From: a candidate division WOR-3 bacterium | GTDB lineage: Bacteria > Hydrothermota > Hydrothermia > LBFQ01 > DSFT01 | Length of the DNA stretch: 14,223 bases | Reading direction: 5' to 3' | Assembly (NCBI GenBank): GCA_965649115.1 | Contig: CBFGJN010000050.1 | Coordinates: 1-14,223 of the forward strand | Part shown: positions 1 to 8,484 of the stretch, piece after piece | How positions within the stretch are numbered: position 1 is the stretch's first letter | Layout: every line of letters starts with the position of its first letter | Notes under the pieces: generated by a model | What the model was told of the DNA's origin: nothing | The model's input: the letters and a program-made list of their open reading frames with translations, nothing else | Databases searched by the model: none | Made by a program: the position numbers and the translations under genes

Positions 1-189
1 TAATGATAAGTCCTTGATTATCAATAGTTTATAAAAATTTTAAAGAAGTTATAGATTTAATGGGGGGTCTAATGGGGGGCAAAGCCCCCCAAAGCCTAAA
101 AATGGGCATTTATAAGCCGAAGGCTTAAATATAGGGTGGGTGGGAAAAATATAGAAAAATATATATTTTTGGAATTATTAGACAAAGCA
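1..189 (+). mobile_element. MITE-like repeat copy 1 (left end cut by window edge), non-autonomous derivative of the IS903-group element
   Basis: Ends in GGAATTATTAGACAAAGCA (171-189), an imperfect reverse complement of the IS left end TGCTTTGTCCAATAAAT. Contains the GGGGGGC-AAA-GCCCCCC (74-90) and TAAGCC-GAA-GGCTTA (113-127) hairpins and GGGTGGGTGGG shared with other copies. Confidence 0.85.
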
Positions 190-208
190 TTTTAACCAAA
201 TTTTTATG

Positions 209-217
209 CTTTAAAAT
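209..217 (+). promoter_or_regulatory. CTTTAAAAT -10-like box, 9 nt upstream of ATG 227
   Basis: The motif recurs before most transcription-unit-first genes; no SD-like sequence lies between the box and the ATG. Confidence 0.6.
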
Positions 218-226
218 TTTAGAACC

Positions 227-613
227 ATGCTTTTGACACTTTTGAGCTTAACATTACAAAGTGGTGGACAAGCTACTCAGCAAACTTCTACACAGACTCA
301 AACTCAAACACAAACTCAAACTGAAACGAAAACTGCTACTCAAACTCCTGCTAAGACTGAAAAATATGTTGGTGGTTATTACTTGTTCATAGTAAAAGGA
401 ACTGAGAAATGGTCCTTTGAATTACCAAAGGATAAGACAATTGATAAGGAAGCTTTCAAAAAAGAAATATCTTCAGTAAAAGGTGTAAAGGAAGTTCAAT
501 TTGATGAAAAGACAAAAACTTGGACAGTAAAAGTTGATAAGGAAGATGAAGTTGTAAAAGTCATAAACAAGTACGGTTTTGTAAAACACGATAAAAAAAC
601 AGAAACAAAGTAA
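227..613 (+). CDS. Small exported protein with TQ-repeat linker and HMA/ferredoxin-like C-terminal domain lacking CxxC
   Basis: Hydrophobic N-terminus MLLTLLSLTLQ and a (TQ)n tract. ISSVKGVKEVQFDEKTKTWTVKVD resembles the HMA-domain helix/strand pattern. No Cys in the protein. Confidence 0.65.
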   Translation: MLLTLLSLTLQSGGQATQQTSTQTQTQTQTQTETKTATQTPAKTEKYVGGYYLFIVKGTEKWSFELPKDKTIDKEAFKKEISSVKGVKEVQFDEKTKTWTVKVDKEDEVVKVINKYGFVKHDKKTETK

Positions 614-617
614 GCAA

Positions 618-636
618 AAGCCCCCTTTGGGGGCTT
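618..636. terminator. Perfect GC-rich hairpin AAGCCCCC-TTT-GGGGGCTT, terminator-like or RNA-structural element
   Basis: 8-bp stem with 3-nt loop directly after the stop at 613 and 2 nt before ATG 639. No U-tract follows on the + strand. Confidence 0.5.
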
Positions 637-638
637 AG

Positions 639-3101
639 ATGATAATATTTTTAGTTTCTCAATTTCAAATACCAAAACTTTCAAATTATGCTATTATAAA
701 TGCTAATATCTTTTTAAAAGATAGTATTATTAAAAATGGAACAATTATTGTAAAAAATGGCAAAATTTACAACGTTGGTAAAAACATAAAAATTCCTAAT
801 GATGTTTTAGTTTTAGATTATTCGGGAAAATATGTATATCCAGGATTTATTGAAATAATTTCAGAAATATCAATTGATACATTAAAGGAAATTGAAAAAT
901 TAAGAAATTTAGGATTTACAATTGTTCAAATTATTAACAAAGATAGTATATTAAGAGGATTTACGAAAATTGTTTTTACAGAAGATAGCATAAAAAAAGT
1001 TTCAGAAAACTCATATTTTGTTATTTCATTTCAAACTAATAAAGAAACATATCCTGTTTCTTTGATGGGAACAATTGCTAAAATAAGGCAGTTTCTTTAT
1101 GATGAAAATTTAAAGAATGTTTTATTTCTTACAAATAAAAATGAACTCAATGTTTTAAGAGCACAAAAAATTACTGATGAATTTAAACTAAATTCTTTAA
1201 TTTTTGGAACTAATAAGGAATTTAGGATTATTGAAAACCTGAAAAAAAATCAAAATTTAATTTTACCTTTGAAATTCGTAGATAGTTTAAGGAAAGAGCC
1301 AAGTTTAAATGAGCTCATAGATTGGAAGTTTTCAAGAGAAAATCCTAGAATTTTAGTTGAAAATGGTTATTCTTTTGCTTTAAGTTCAAATGAAATAAAA
1401 GAGCAGAATGAATTTTTAAAAAGTTTAAGAGAATTATCTAAAAGAATGGATGAAAATAAAATTATTTTATCATTAACCTTAATTCCCGCTAAAATGTTAG
1501 GAATTGATAATAATTATGGTTCAATTGAAAAGGGTAAAATGGCTAATTTTACGATAACTGACGGTAATATATTTAGTAAAAATAGCTCAATATTTGAAGT
1601 CTGGATAAATGGAATTATTTATAGAATTTCTAAATATCCAAGAAAGTTTTTTGGAAATTGGGAAGCAAAAATAAATGATAGTACTTTTAGCCTTAAAATT
1701 TATAAGGAAGGTAAGAGTTTGAAGGTTAAAATAAATGACAAAGCTTATTCTAATGTTTATTTTGAAAATAATGTCTTGGAAGTTGATAATTATAAATTTT
1801 ATTTTTCTGATGATGGTTGCTTAAATTGTAAATATATTTCAAAATTAGAAGAGGAAGAAATTAAGAAAATTAAAGAAAAAGAAAATCCACCGAAAATTTA
1901 TAAATTATTTCCAACTTTCAAAACAATTTTAATTAAAAATGGAACAATTTGGCTACCGGATACAATTTTAGAAAATACTGATATTTTTATAAAGAATGGA
2001 AAGATTGTAGAAATAGGAAAAAACTTGAATTTTAATGCTGAATATGTAATTGATGCAACTAATAAGCATATTACACCAGGTATATTTGACGCCCATTCGC
2101 ATATAGCAATAGATGGAGATGTCAATGAATGGTCGGAATCAATAACACCAGAAGTTAGAGTTATTGATGTTATAAATCCTTTTGATATAAACATTTATAG
2201 AGAACTATCAGGTGGTGTTACAACAGCTCATATTATGCATGGTTCAGCTAATGCTATTGGTGGTCAAAATGTTATAATTAAACTTAAATGGGGACTTCCC
2301 GCAGATAGCTTAGTATATAAAAATGCTCCAAGGACAATAAAATTTGCTCTTGGTGAGAATCCAAAAAGAAGTAATTGGTTAGAAAATTCAGATAGATATC
2401 CAAGAAGCAGGCTTGGAGTTATTTCAATTATTGAAGATGCTCTTTTAAAAGCAAAAAATTATAAAGGAAAAAAGAATTTGAGGATGGAAGCTTTAAAAGA
2501 TATTTTAGATGGCAAAATTCAAATCCATTGTCATGCATATAGACAAGATGAAATGTTAGCCTTAATGGAAAGTTTAAAAAAATTTGGTATTCAATTAAGA
2601 ATGTTTCACCATGCACTTGAAGCCTATAAAATATCCAAAGAATTAAAAAGGGAGAATGTTTATGTTTCTACATTTTCTGATTGGTGGTCTTATAAATTTG
2701 AAGCTTATGATGCTATTCCTTATAATGCTTTTATTACAACGAAAAATGATGTTTTAACTTCATTAAATTCAGATTCTCCTGAACTTGCAAGAAGATTAAA
2801 TAGTGAAGCAGGGAAAATGTTAAAATATGGATTTACAAAAGAAACTGATGCTTTAAAACTTATAACATTAAATCCTGCTAAACAATTCTCCATAGATAAA
2901 TTTATTGGTTCTCTTGAAAAAGGTAAAGATGCAGATTTTGTAATTTGGAATGGTAATCCATTATCCCCATATAGTATTGTTCTTGAAACTTGGATAGAAG
3001 GAAGAAAGTTTTTTGATAGAGAAGAAGACCTTAAAATTAGAAAAGAAATTAAACTATTGAAGGAAAAACTGATAAATGAATTTAAAAACTATTCAGAATA
3101 A
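639..3101 (+). CDS. Amidohydrolase-family protein with two tandem amidohydrolase modules (N-terminal one degenerate)
   Basis: Two 'IKNGTI...IKNGKI...PGFI/PGIFD' starts and two 'GSIEKGKMANF/GSLEKGKDADFVIW' ends. Metal ligands DAHSH, HCH, HH and NSD occur only in the C-terminal module. Confidence 0.9.
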   Translation: MIIFLVSQFQIPKLSNYAIINANIFLKDSIIKNGTIIVKNGKIYNVGKNIKIPNDVLVLDYSGKYVYPGFIEIISEISIDTLKEIEKLRNLGFTIVQIINKDSILRGFTKIVFTEDSIKKVSENSYFVISFQTNKETYPVSLMGTIAKIRQFLYDENLKNVLFLTNKNELNVLRAQKITDEFKLNSLIFGTNKEFRIIENLKKNQNLILPLKFVDSLRKEPSLNELIDWKFSRENPRILVENGYSFALSSNEIKEQNEFLKSLRELSKRMDENKIILSLTLIPAKMLGIDNNYGSIEKGKMANFTITDGNIFSKNSSIFEVWINGIIYRISKYPRKFFGNWEAKINDSTFSLKIYKEGKSLKVKINDKAYSNVYFENNVLEVDNYKFYFSDDGCLNCKYISKLEEEEIKKIKEKENPPKIYKLFPTFKTILIKNGTIWLPDTILENTDIFIKNGKIVEIGKNLNFNAEYVIDATNKHITPGIFDAHSHIAIDGDVNEWSESITPEVRVIDVINPFDINIYRELSGGVTTAHIMHGSANAIGGQNVIIKLKWGLPADSLVYKNAPRTIKFALGENPKRSNWLENSDRYPRSRLGVISIIEDALLKAKNYKGKKNLRMEALKDILDGKIQIHCHAYRQDEMLALMESLKKFGIQLRMFHHALEAYKISKELKRENVYVSTFSDWWSYKFEAYDAIPYNAFITTKNDVLTSLNSDSPELARRLNSEAGKMLKYGFTKETDALKLITLNPAKQFSIDKFIGSLEKGKDADFVIWNGNPLSPYSIVLETWIEGRKFFDREEDLKIRKEIKLLKEKLINEFKNYSE

Positions 3102-3116
3102 TTATCTTAAAATATA

Positions 3117-3254
3117 TGCTTTGTCCAGTAAATAATGTTAAGTAAAAAGCCCCCCGAAGCCGAAATATGGGTATTTTAAAGCCAAAGGCTTAAATATAGG
3201 GTGGGTGGGGAAAATATAGAAATAATCATATTTTTAGAATTACTAGACAAAACA
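3117..3254 (+). mobile_element. MITE-like repeat copy 2 (138 bp)
   Basis: Left end TGCTTTGTCCAGTAAATAATGTTAAG, right end GAATTACTAGACAAAACA, internal AAGCC-AAA-GGCTT and GGGTGGGTGGGG. Confidence 0.85.
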
Positions 3255-3272
3255 CATAGCCTTATTTATTAC

Positions 3273-3281
3273 CTTTAAAAT
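3273..3281 (+). promoter_or_regulatory. CTTTAAAAT -10-like box, 7 nt upstream of ATG 3289
   Basis: Recurrent motif; no SD before the ATG. Confidence 0.6.
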
Positions 3282-3288
3282 TTTATTT

Positions 3289-3729
3289 ATGAAAAATGGA
3301 AAAATTGAAATAGCATTAAAAAAATTAAATTTAGCAAAACGATATTTAGAAAATGCCAGAGAGTTATTAAAGCAAGCGGGAATTGACAGAAGAAGAAATG
3401 CTTATTCAGACTTAAAATATGTTTCTATGGCATCTGGAACAGCTTATTTATCAGCACTTGAAGCCTTAAAGGCAATATTTATACTGAAACTGAATGTAGA
3501 TGAAGAATTTATAAAGAAGAAAATTAAGGATATTTCAGTTTATAAGCAATATATTAAAGAGCTGAAAATTGGAAAAGATAAGGATTATATTCAAGGATTA
3601 TTAACTGATATTTATGACATTCTTCATCTTGGTGGCTATTATAGAGAATTACAAGATAAAAAAGCAATAGATAGTGGTTTTGAGAAAGTTGAAAAAATTA
3701 TTAAAATTGTTGAAAGTTATGTTAAGTAA
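3289..3729 (+). CDS. DUF5618-family (HEPN/PaREP1-like helical) protein
   Basis: AKRYLENARELL...Y.D.KYV.MA.GTAY..AL.AL and YDILHLGGYY patterns recalled as typical of DUF5618; 146 aa, predicted all-helical. Not confirmed by a search. Confidence 0.7.
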   Translation: MKNGKIEIALKKLNLAKRYLENARELLKQAGIDRRRNAYSDLKYVSMASGTAYLSALEALKAIFILKLNVDEEFIKKKIKDISVYKQYIKELKIGKDKDYIQGLLTDIYDILHLGGYYRELQDKKAIDSGFEKVEKIIKIVESYVK

Positions 3730-3744
3730 ATTCATTATCCTTTA

Positions 3745-3907
3745 TGCTTTTTCCAATAATTAATGTTAAGTAATTGATTATCAATAACTTATAAAAGCTT
3801 TGAGGAAATTATAGATTTAAATAGGTATTTTAAAGCCGAAGGCTTAATTTCAGGGTGGGTGGGAAAGTGTAGAAATGAATATAATTTCCGAATTATTGGA
3901 CAAGACA
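3745..3907 (+). mobile_element. MITE-like repeat copy 3 (163 bp)
   Basis: Left end TGCTTTTTCCAATAATTAATGTTAAG, right end GAATTATTGGACAAGACA, internal AAGCCGAAGGCTT and GGGTGGGTGGG. Confidence 0.85.
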
Positions 3908-3926
3908 AAAGCTTTAATTATCTTAA

Positions 3927-3935
3927 CTTTAAAAT
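3927..3935 (+). promoter_or_regulatory. CTTTAAAAT -10-like box, 10 nt upstream of proposed TTG start 3946
   Basis: Recurrent motif at the same distance from the repeat end as in the other copies. Confidence 0.55.
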
Positions 3936-3945
3936 TTTCAATAAA

Positions 3946-5892
3946 TTGTTATTTTTTCTGTTTTTGGAGATTGATACTACAAGAATTATTTTTAAAGGAA
4001 AAACTTTAATCTATCTTTCTGATAGCAATAAAGTTATATTAATAGATAGTGCTTATGTTAAAAGAGGAAATATTCAACTCTATTCTGACACAATTGAATA
4101 CTATATAAAAACGAAAATTGTTAAAGCGAGACCAAAATTTAAATTAGTAATTGATACATCAACAATAAAAGGTGATAGTTTAACCTATTTGTTAGATGAG
4201 CAAGAAGGATTAGCTTTTAATACAAAAAATTATATTCAAAAAGGATGGCTAAATTCAAATGAGCTTTATAAACTTAAAGGAGATACAATATATGTGAAAA
4301 GTGGTTATTTTACTACTTGTAATTTAGATACACCGCATTCTGCATTTTATGGAACAGAAATGTTAGCTATTAGAAATGATATGGCATTTATTAAAAATAT
4401 CGTTTTAAAAATAAAAGGAATACCTGTCTTATATGCTCCATTTTGGATGTTTCCATTAAAAGAAAATAGAAGTAGTGGTTTTTTGGCACCAAACTTTGGA
4501 TTTAATAGCATAGATGGAAGATATATTAGAAATTTGGCATTTTATTGGGCAATAAATAATTATATGGATGCCACAATTTATTCTGATATTGTTGAAAGAC
4601 AAGGGATTCGCTTAGGAATAAATTTTGTTTATAACGTTTATAAAAAATTCAACGGCACTATAAATGCTAATTTTTCAAATGATTTTGTTTTTCAAGGTAT
4701 TAGAAGAAGATATGCTATTGAAGGAAATCATAATCAAGATTTGTATAAATTTAGGATTTCAAGTAGATTTTCTATTGTTTCTGACCAAAGTTATTTTCAG
4801 GATTATGCAGAAAATAAAAATCAATGGCTAAAAACAGAAACTTATTCTTATTTACAAATTAGTAGAAATTTCTTTTTTGGTGGTTTCTCTTCAAATTTTG
4901 ATTGGACAAAAAATCTCATTACAAATCAAAGCAACTCAAACTTACCAAATTTAGTAATAACTTTCAATAGTATTAATTTGTATAGCTTTTTAATATCTCA
5001 AAATTCATCTTTCAATCAGAACATATTCATAGATAGCCTTGGAAATGAATATAGAAATTTATCTTTTGGTTATAATTTTTCAATTACAAGACCTTTGAAC
5101 ATTTTAAACATATTAAAACTTTCAAATAATGCTAATTTACCATTTTCAATAAAAAAAATTGCTAATGATAGCCTTTGGAGAGGAAATTTAGTTTTGAATT
5201 ATTCAAGTGGTTTATCAACAACAATATATGGAAGAAGTTTATTTAGAATTTGGAAAATTGAAAAATTTTATCATGATATAACGCCTTCTGTTGGAATTAG
5301 TTATTCCAAATCACTTATAAATATCTATACTGACACAATTCCTTCAAGTTTTAATTACACTTACTCCATAACAAACCAATTCTCTGTAAAAATTAACAAT
5401 AAGAAGTACTCAATTGGGACACTTTCATTAAGTGGAAACTATAACCCTAAATCAAATTTCCCATTTTCTCCTTTATCAATAAGCTTGGTTTTACCAAGAT
5501 TTTTAAATATATCTGCAAGCTTTTCAACAAGTTATGATTATTATACGAAAAGCTTTTCTCAAATAAATGGTAATTTTAATTATAGTCAATCAATTTTTGG
5601 TTATAACTTATCTGCTTCCATGTCAATACCACAAAATATATTAAATTTTTCAATTTCAGGAAAATTAACAAACAAATGGAGTTTTAGTTATTCAACAAGT
5701 AGAGATTTTAATTTAGGTGTTTTTCAGGGTCAAAATTTATCATTGAAAAGAGATTTACATGAATGGACTGCTGAAATTTCTTATTCATCAATTGGAATAT
5801 TTTCCGTTTATGATTTTAGAATTTATCTAATAGCAATTCCAGAAATCAAAATTACAAAAGGTTTATTAAACCTTTTCTTCCCCACTCAATAA
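3946..5892 (+). CDS. lptD: LPS-assembly outer-membrane protein LptD/OstA family; start re-assigned from 3859 to TTG 3946
   Basis: OstA-like N-terminal beta-jelly, FTTC motif, [11 protein letters not shown]...[20 protein letters not shown]-terminal RDLHEW barrel segment. The GTG at 3859 lies inside repeat copy 3. Confidence 0.85.
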   Translation: MLFFLFLEIDTTRIIFKGKTLIYLSDSNKVILIDSAYVKRGNIQLYSDTIEYYIKTKIVKARPKFKLVIDTSTIKGDSLTYLLDEQEGLAFNTKNYIQKGWLNSNELYKLKGDTIYVKSGYFTTCNLDTPHSAFYGTEMLAIRNDMAFIKNIVLKIKGIPVLYAPFWMFPLKENRSSGFLAPNFGFNSIDGRYIRNLAFYWAINNYMDATIYSDIVERQGIRLGINFVYNVYKKFNGTINANFSNDFVFQGIRRRYAIEGNHNQDLYKFRISSRFSIVSDQSYFQDYAENKNQWLKTETYSYLQISRNFFFGGFSSNFDWTKNLITNQSNSNLPNLVITFNSINLYSFLISQNSSFNQNIFIDSLGNEYRNLSFGYNFSITRPLNILNILKLSNNANLPFSIKKIANDSLWRGNLVLNYSSGLSTTIYGRSLFRIWKIEKFYHDITPSVGISYSKSLINIYTDTIPSSFNYTYSITNQFSVKINNKKYSIGTLSLSGNYNPKSNFPFSPLSISLVLPRFLNISASFSTSYDYYTKSFSQINGNFNYSQSIFGYNLSASMSIPQNILNFSISGKLTNKWSFSYSTSRDFNLGVFQGQNLSLKRDLHEWTAEISYSSIGIFSVYDFRIYLIAIPEIKITKGLLNLFFPTQ

Positions 5893-7131
5893 AATGTTAT
5901 AAAATGGAAATTGCTTACATAGTTCTTTCACTAATCCTTTTGCCCAAATTTTTGTTTTATCATCAGGATTCTTTAAAACTTTTGCAATTATTTTACCAAC
6001 AATTTTCAATTCTTCTTCTTTCATACCCCTTGTAGTTAAAATTGGTGTTCCAATTCTTATTCCACTTGTAATTGTTGGTTTTTGAGGATCAAACGGAATT
6101 GTATTTTTATTAACTGTTATACCTATTTCTTCAAGCAGTTTTTCAGCATCTTTTCCTGTTATATTCAAATTTCTTAAATCAACAAGAACTAAATGATTAT
6201 CTGTTCCATTTGTAACTAACTTCAAACCTTCTTCTATAAGGCTCTCAGCTAATGCTTTACTATTTCTAACAATTTGCTCCCCATACTTTCTAAATTCAGG
6301 CTTTAAAGCTTCTCCAAATGCTACGGCTTTGGCAGCAATAATGTGCATAAAAGGACCACCTTGAATTCCTGGAAAAACAACCTTGTCTATCTTCTCTGAA
6401 ATTTCTTTATCATCTGTTAATATCATACCCCCTCTTGGTCCTCTTAATGTTTTATGTGTTGTTGTTGTTATAACATGAGCATAACCTTTTGGTGAAGGAT
6501 GGACATTAGAAACTATAAGTCCTGCGATATGAGCTATATCCGCCATCAAATAAGCATTAATTTTATCAGCTATTTCTCTAAATTTTTCCCATTCAACGAT
6601 TCTTGGATAAGAGGAGTATCCAGCAACAATAATTTTAGGTTTATATTCAATAGCAAGTTTATAAACAAGGTCAAAGTCTATCCTTTCAGTTTCTTTATTA
6701 ACACCATAATGAATAACATTATAAAATTTTCCAGAAAAACTTACTTTTGCCCCATGACTTAAATGTCCTCCATGAGAAAGTTCCATAGACAAAATGATAT
6801 CACCAGGTTCAAGCAAAGCAAAATAAACAGCCATATTTGCTTGACTACCTGAATGTGGCTGAACATTAACATAATTTATATTAAATAATTTTCTTGCTCT
6901 TTCTTGGGCTAAAAGCTCTGCTTTATCAACAAATTCGCAACCTCCATAATATCTTTTATTAGGATAACCCTCCGCATATTTATTATTTAGTGGTGTTGCC
7001 ATAGTTAAAAGAACTGGTAGAGAAGGATAATTTTCAGAAGCTATCATTTCTAAGGTCCATTCTTGTCTTTTTATTTCATTAATAATTACTTCATAAATTT
7101 CAGGGTCGTTTTCTTTTATAATTTCATACAT
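5866..7131 (-). CDS. glyA: Serine hydroxymethyltransferase
   Basis: [55 protein letters not shown] (PLP lysine), [16 protein letters not shown]. Confidence 0.98.
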   Translation of the reverse strand: MYEIIKENDPEIYEVIINEIKRQEWTLEMIASENYPSLPVLLTMATPLNNKYAEGYPNKRYYGGCEFVDKAELLAQERARKLFNINYVNVQPHSGSQANMAVYFALLEPGDIILSMELSHGGHLSHGAKVSFSGKFYNVIHYGVNKETERIDFDLVYKLAIEYKPKIIVAGYSSYPRIVEWEKFREIADKINAYLMADIAHIAGLIVSNVHPSPKGYAHVITTTTHKTLRGPRGGMILTDDKEISEKIDKVVFPGIQGGPFMHIIAAKAVAFGEALKPEFRKYGEQIVRNSKALAESLIEEGLKLVTNGTDNHLVLVDLRNLNITGKDAEKLLEEIGITVNKNTIPFDPQKPTITSGIRIGTPILTTRGMKEEELKIVGKIIAKVLKNPDDKTKIWAKGLVKELCKQFPFYNILLSGEEKV

Positions 7132-7162
7132 AAGTTTTTAAAGTTTAAAGCCAAAATTAAAA

Positions 7163-7312
7163 TGCTTTGTCCAATAAATAATGTTAAAGGAAATTATTGA
7201 ATTTTAGCCCCCCATAACCGAAAAATGGGTATTTTTAAGCCGAAGGCTTAATATCAGGGTGGGTGGGAAAAATATAGAAAAATAAATAATTTCAGAATTA
7301 TTAGACACACCA
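7163..7312 (+). mobile_element. MITE-like repeat copy 4 (150 bp) flanked by 9-bp direct repeat AAATTAAAA
   Basis: First 25 nt match the IS left end at 14008 in 24/25 positions. Right end GAATTATTAGACACACCA. AAATTAAAA occurs at 7154-7162 and 7313-7321. Confidence 0.9.
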
Positions 7313-7321
7313 AAATTAAAA

Positions 7322-7382
7322 TGCCTTGTTTAGTAATTCCGAAGATATATATTTTTTGCCCACCAGCCCTATAATTGAGCTC
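7322..7382 (-). mobile_element. Inverted right-end fragment of the same repeat family
   Basis: Reverse complement reads ...TATAGGGCTGGTGGGCAAAAAATATATATCTTCGGAATTACTAAACAAGGCA, matching the right end of copy 1. Confidence 0.75.
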
Positions 7383-7398
7383 ATGGAAATTTTAATTA

Positions 7399-7407
7399 CT
7401 TTAAAAT
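7399..7407 (+). promoter_or_regulatory. CTTTAAAAT -10-like box, 9 nt upstream of ATG 7417
   Basis: Recurrent motif; no SD before the ATG. Confidence 0.55.
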
Positions 7408-7416
7408 TTGAAAGTT

Positions 7417-8484
7417 ATGAACAACACTAAAACTACTCCACTCTATCCACTTCATTTAGAGCTTAAAGCAAAAATAACTAATTTTCACGATTGGTTAATG
7501 CCCCTTTACTATGAAAGTATAATAAATGAGCACATTTGGACAAGAAATAATGTTTCAATTTTTGATGTTTCCCATATGGGTAGAATTTTAATAAAAGGAA
7601 AATTCTCACAAGATTTCTTAAATTACATTACAACGATAAACATAAAAGAATTAAAGAATTACCAAGCAAAGTACGGTTTAATGTTAAATGATAATGCTGG
7701 AATAATAGATGATATAGTAGTTTATAAATTTTCAGATGAGGAATTTATGATGGTTGTAAATTCAGGAACAAAAGAAAAAGATTTAAAACATATGTTTAAA
7801 TATTCAAAACAATTTAATGTTGAAATTGTTGATATTTCAGAAAACTTATCTCAAATAGCTGTTCAAGGTCCAAAATCAAAGGAAATTCTTGAAAGCTTTC
7901 TAAAAATAAATTTAGATATTCCATATTACCATTTTATAAAAAAAGAAAATTTTATAATTTCAAGAACAGGATATACACCAGAGGATGGTTTTGAAATTTA
8001 TATTAGTTCATCTGAAATTCTTGAATTTACTAAATCATTACTGAAATCTGAATTAGTTAAAATGGCAGGGCTTGGAGCAAGAGACACACTTAGACTTGAA
8101 GCAGGATATTGTTTATATTCAAATGATATAAGTGAAGAAATAGACCCTATCAGTGCTAAACTAAAATGGACTGTTTATTTTGATAAGGAGTTTTTAGGCA
8201 AAGAAAAATTATTAGAAATTATTAAAAATGGAAATGAACTTACAAGAATAGGTTTCATTTCAATTGAAAACACAATTCCAAGAAAAGGGAATGAAATTTA
8301 TATTAATTTTAATAAAGTTGGTTATGTTACAAGTGGAACATTTTCTCCTTCATTAAATAAAGGTATTGGAATGGGTTATATAAAGAAGGAATTTTCAGAA
8401 GTTGGAAATGAAATTTTAATAAATTCAAAGAAATACAAAATTGTTAAACTTCCTTTTGTAAGAGGGAGCTTAAAACGTCAATAA
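7417..8484 (+). CDS. gcvT: Glycine cleavage system aminomethyltransferase T (start likely ATG 7417)
   Basis: KTTPLY..H, FDVSHMG, GIIDDIVVY, IAVQGPKS, SRTGYT.EDGFEI, GLGARDTLRLEAGYCLY, VTSGTFSPSL.KGIGMGY. Confidence 0.97.
   Translation: MNNTKTTPLYPLHLELKAKITNFHDWLMPLYYESIINEHIWTRNNVSIFDVSHMGRILIKGKFSQDFLNYITTINIKELKNYQAKYGLMLNDNAGIIDDIVVYKFSDEEFMMVVNSGTKEKDLKHMFKYSKQFNVEIVDISENLSQIAVQGPKSKEILESFLKINLDIPYYHFIKKENFIISRTGYTPEDGFEIYISSSEILEFTKSLLKSELVKMAGLGARDTLRLEAGYCLYSNDISEEIDPISAKLKWTVYFDKEFLGKEKLLEIIKNGNELTRIGFISIENTIPRKGNEIYINFNKVGYVTSGTFSPSLNKGIGMGYIKKEFSEVGNEILINSKKYKIVKLPFVRGSLKRQ

Noticed and set aside
179..184. TAGACA/TGGACA in the repeat end as an outward-facing -35 element
   Set aside because: Spacing to the -10-like box is 26-27 nt, far from the canonical 16-18 nt.
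496..684. 62-aa minus-strand ORF
   Set aside because: Antisense to two better-supported genes; no recognisable motif.
1898..2616. Minus-strand ORFs 1898-2194 and 2428-2616
   Set aside because: Shadow ORFs inside the amidohydrolase gene.
3736..3916. Target-site duplication around copy 3 (TATCCTTTA / AAAGCTTTA)
   Set aside because: Only 6/9 identity in AT-rich DNA; not distinguishable from chance.
6499..6762. 87-aa plus-strand ORF
   Set aside because: Antisense within glyA.
7132..7416. Glycine riboswitch upstream of gcvT or glyA
   Set aside because: No glycine-aptamer consensus is visible; the region is explained by repeat copies, and the -10-like boxes leave no leader.
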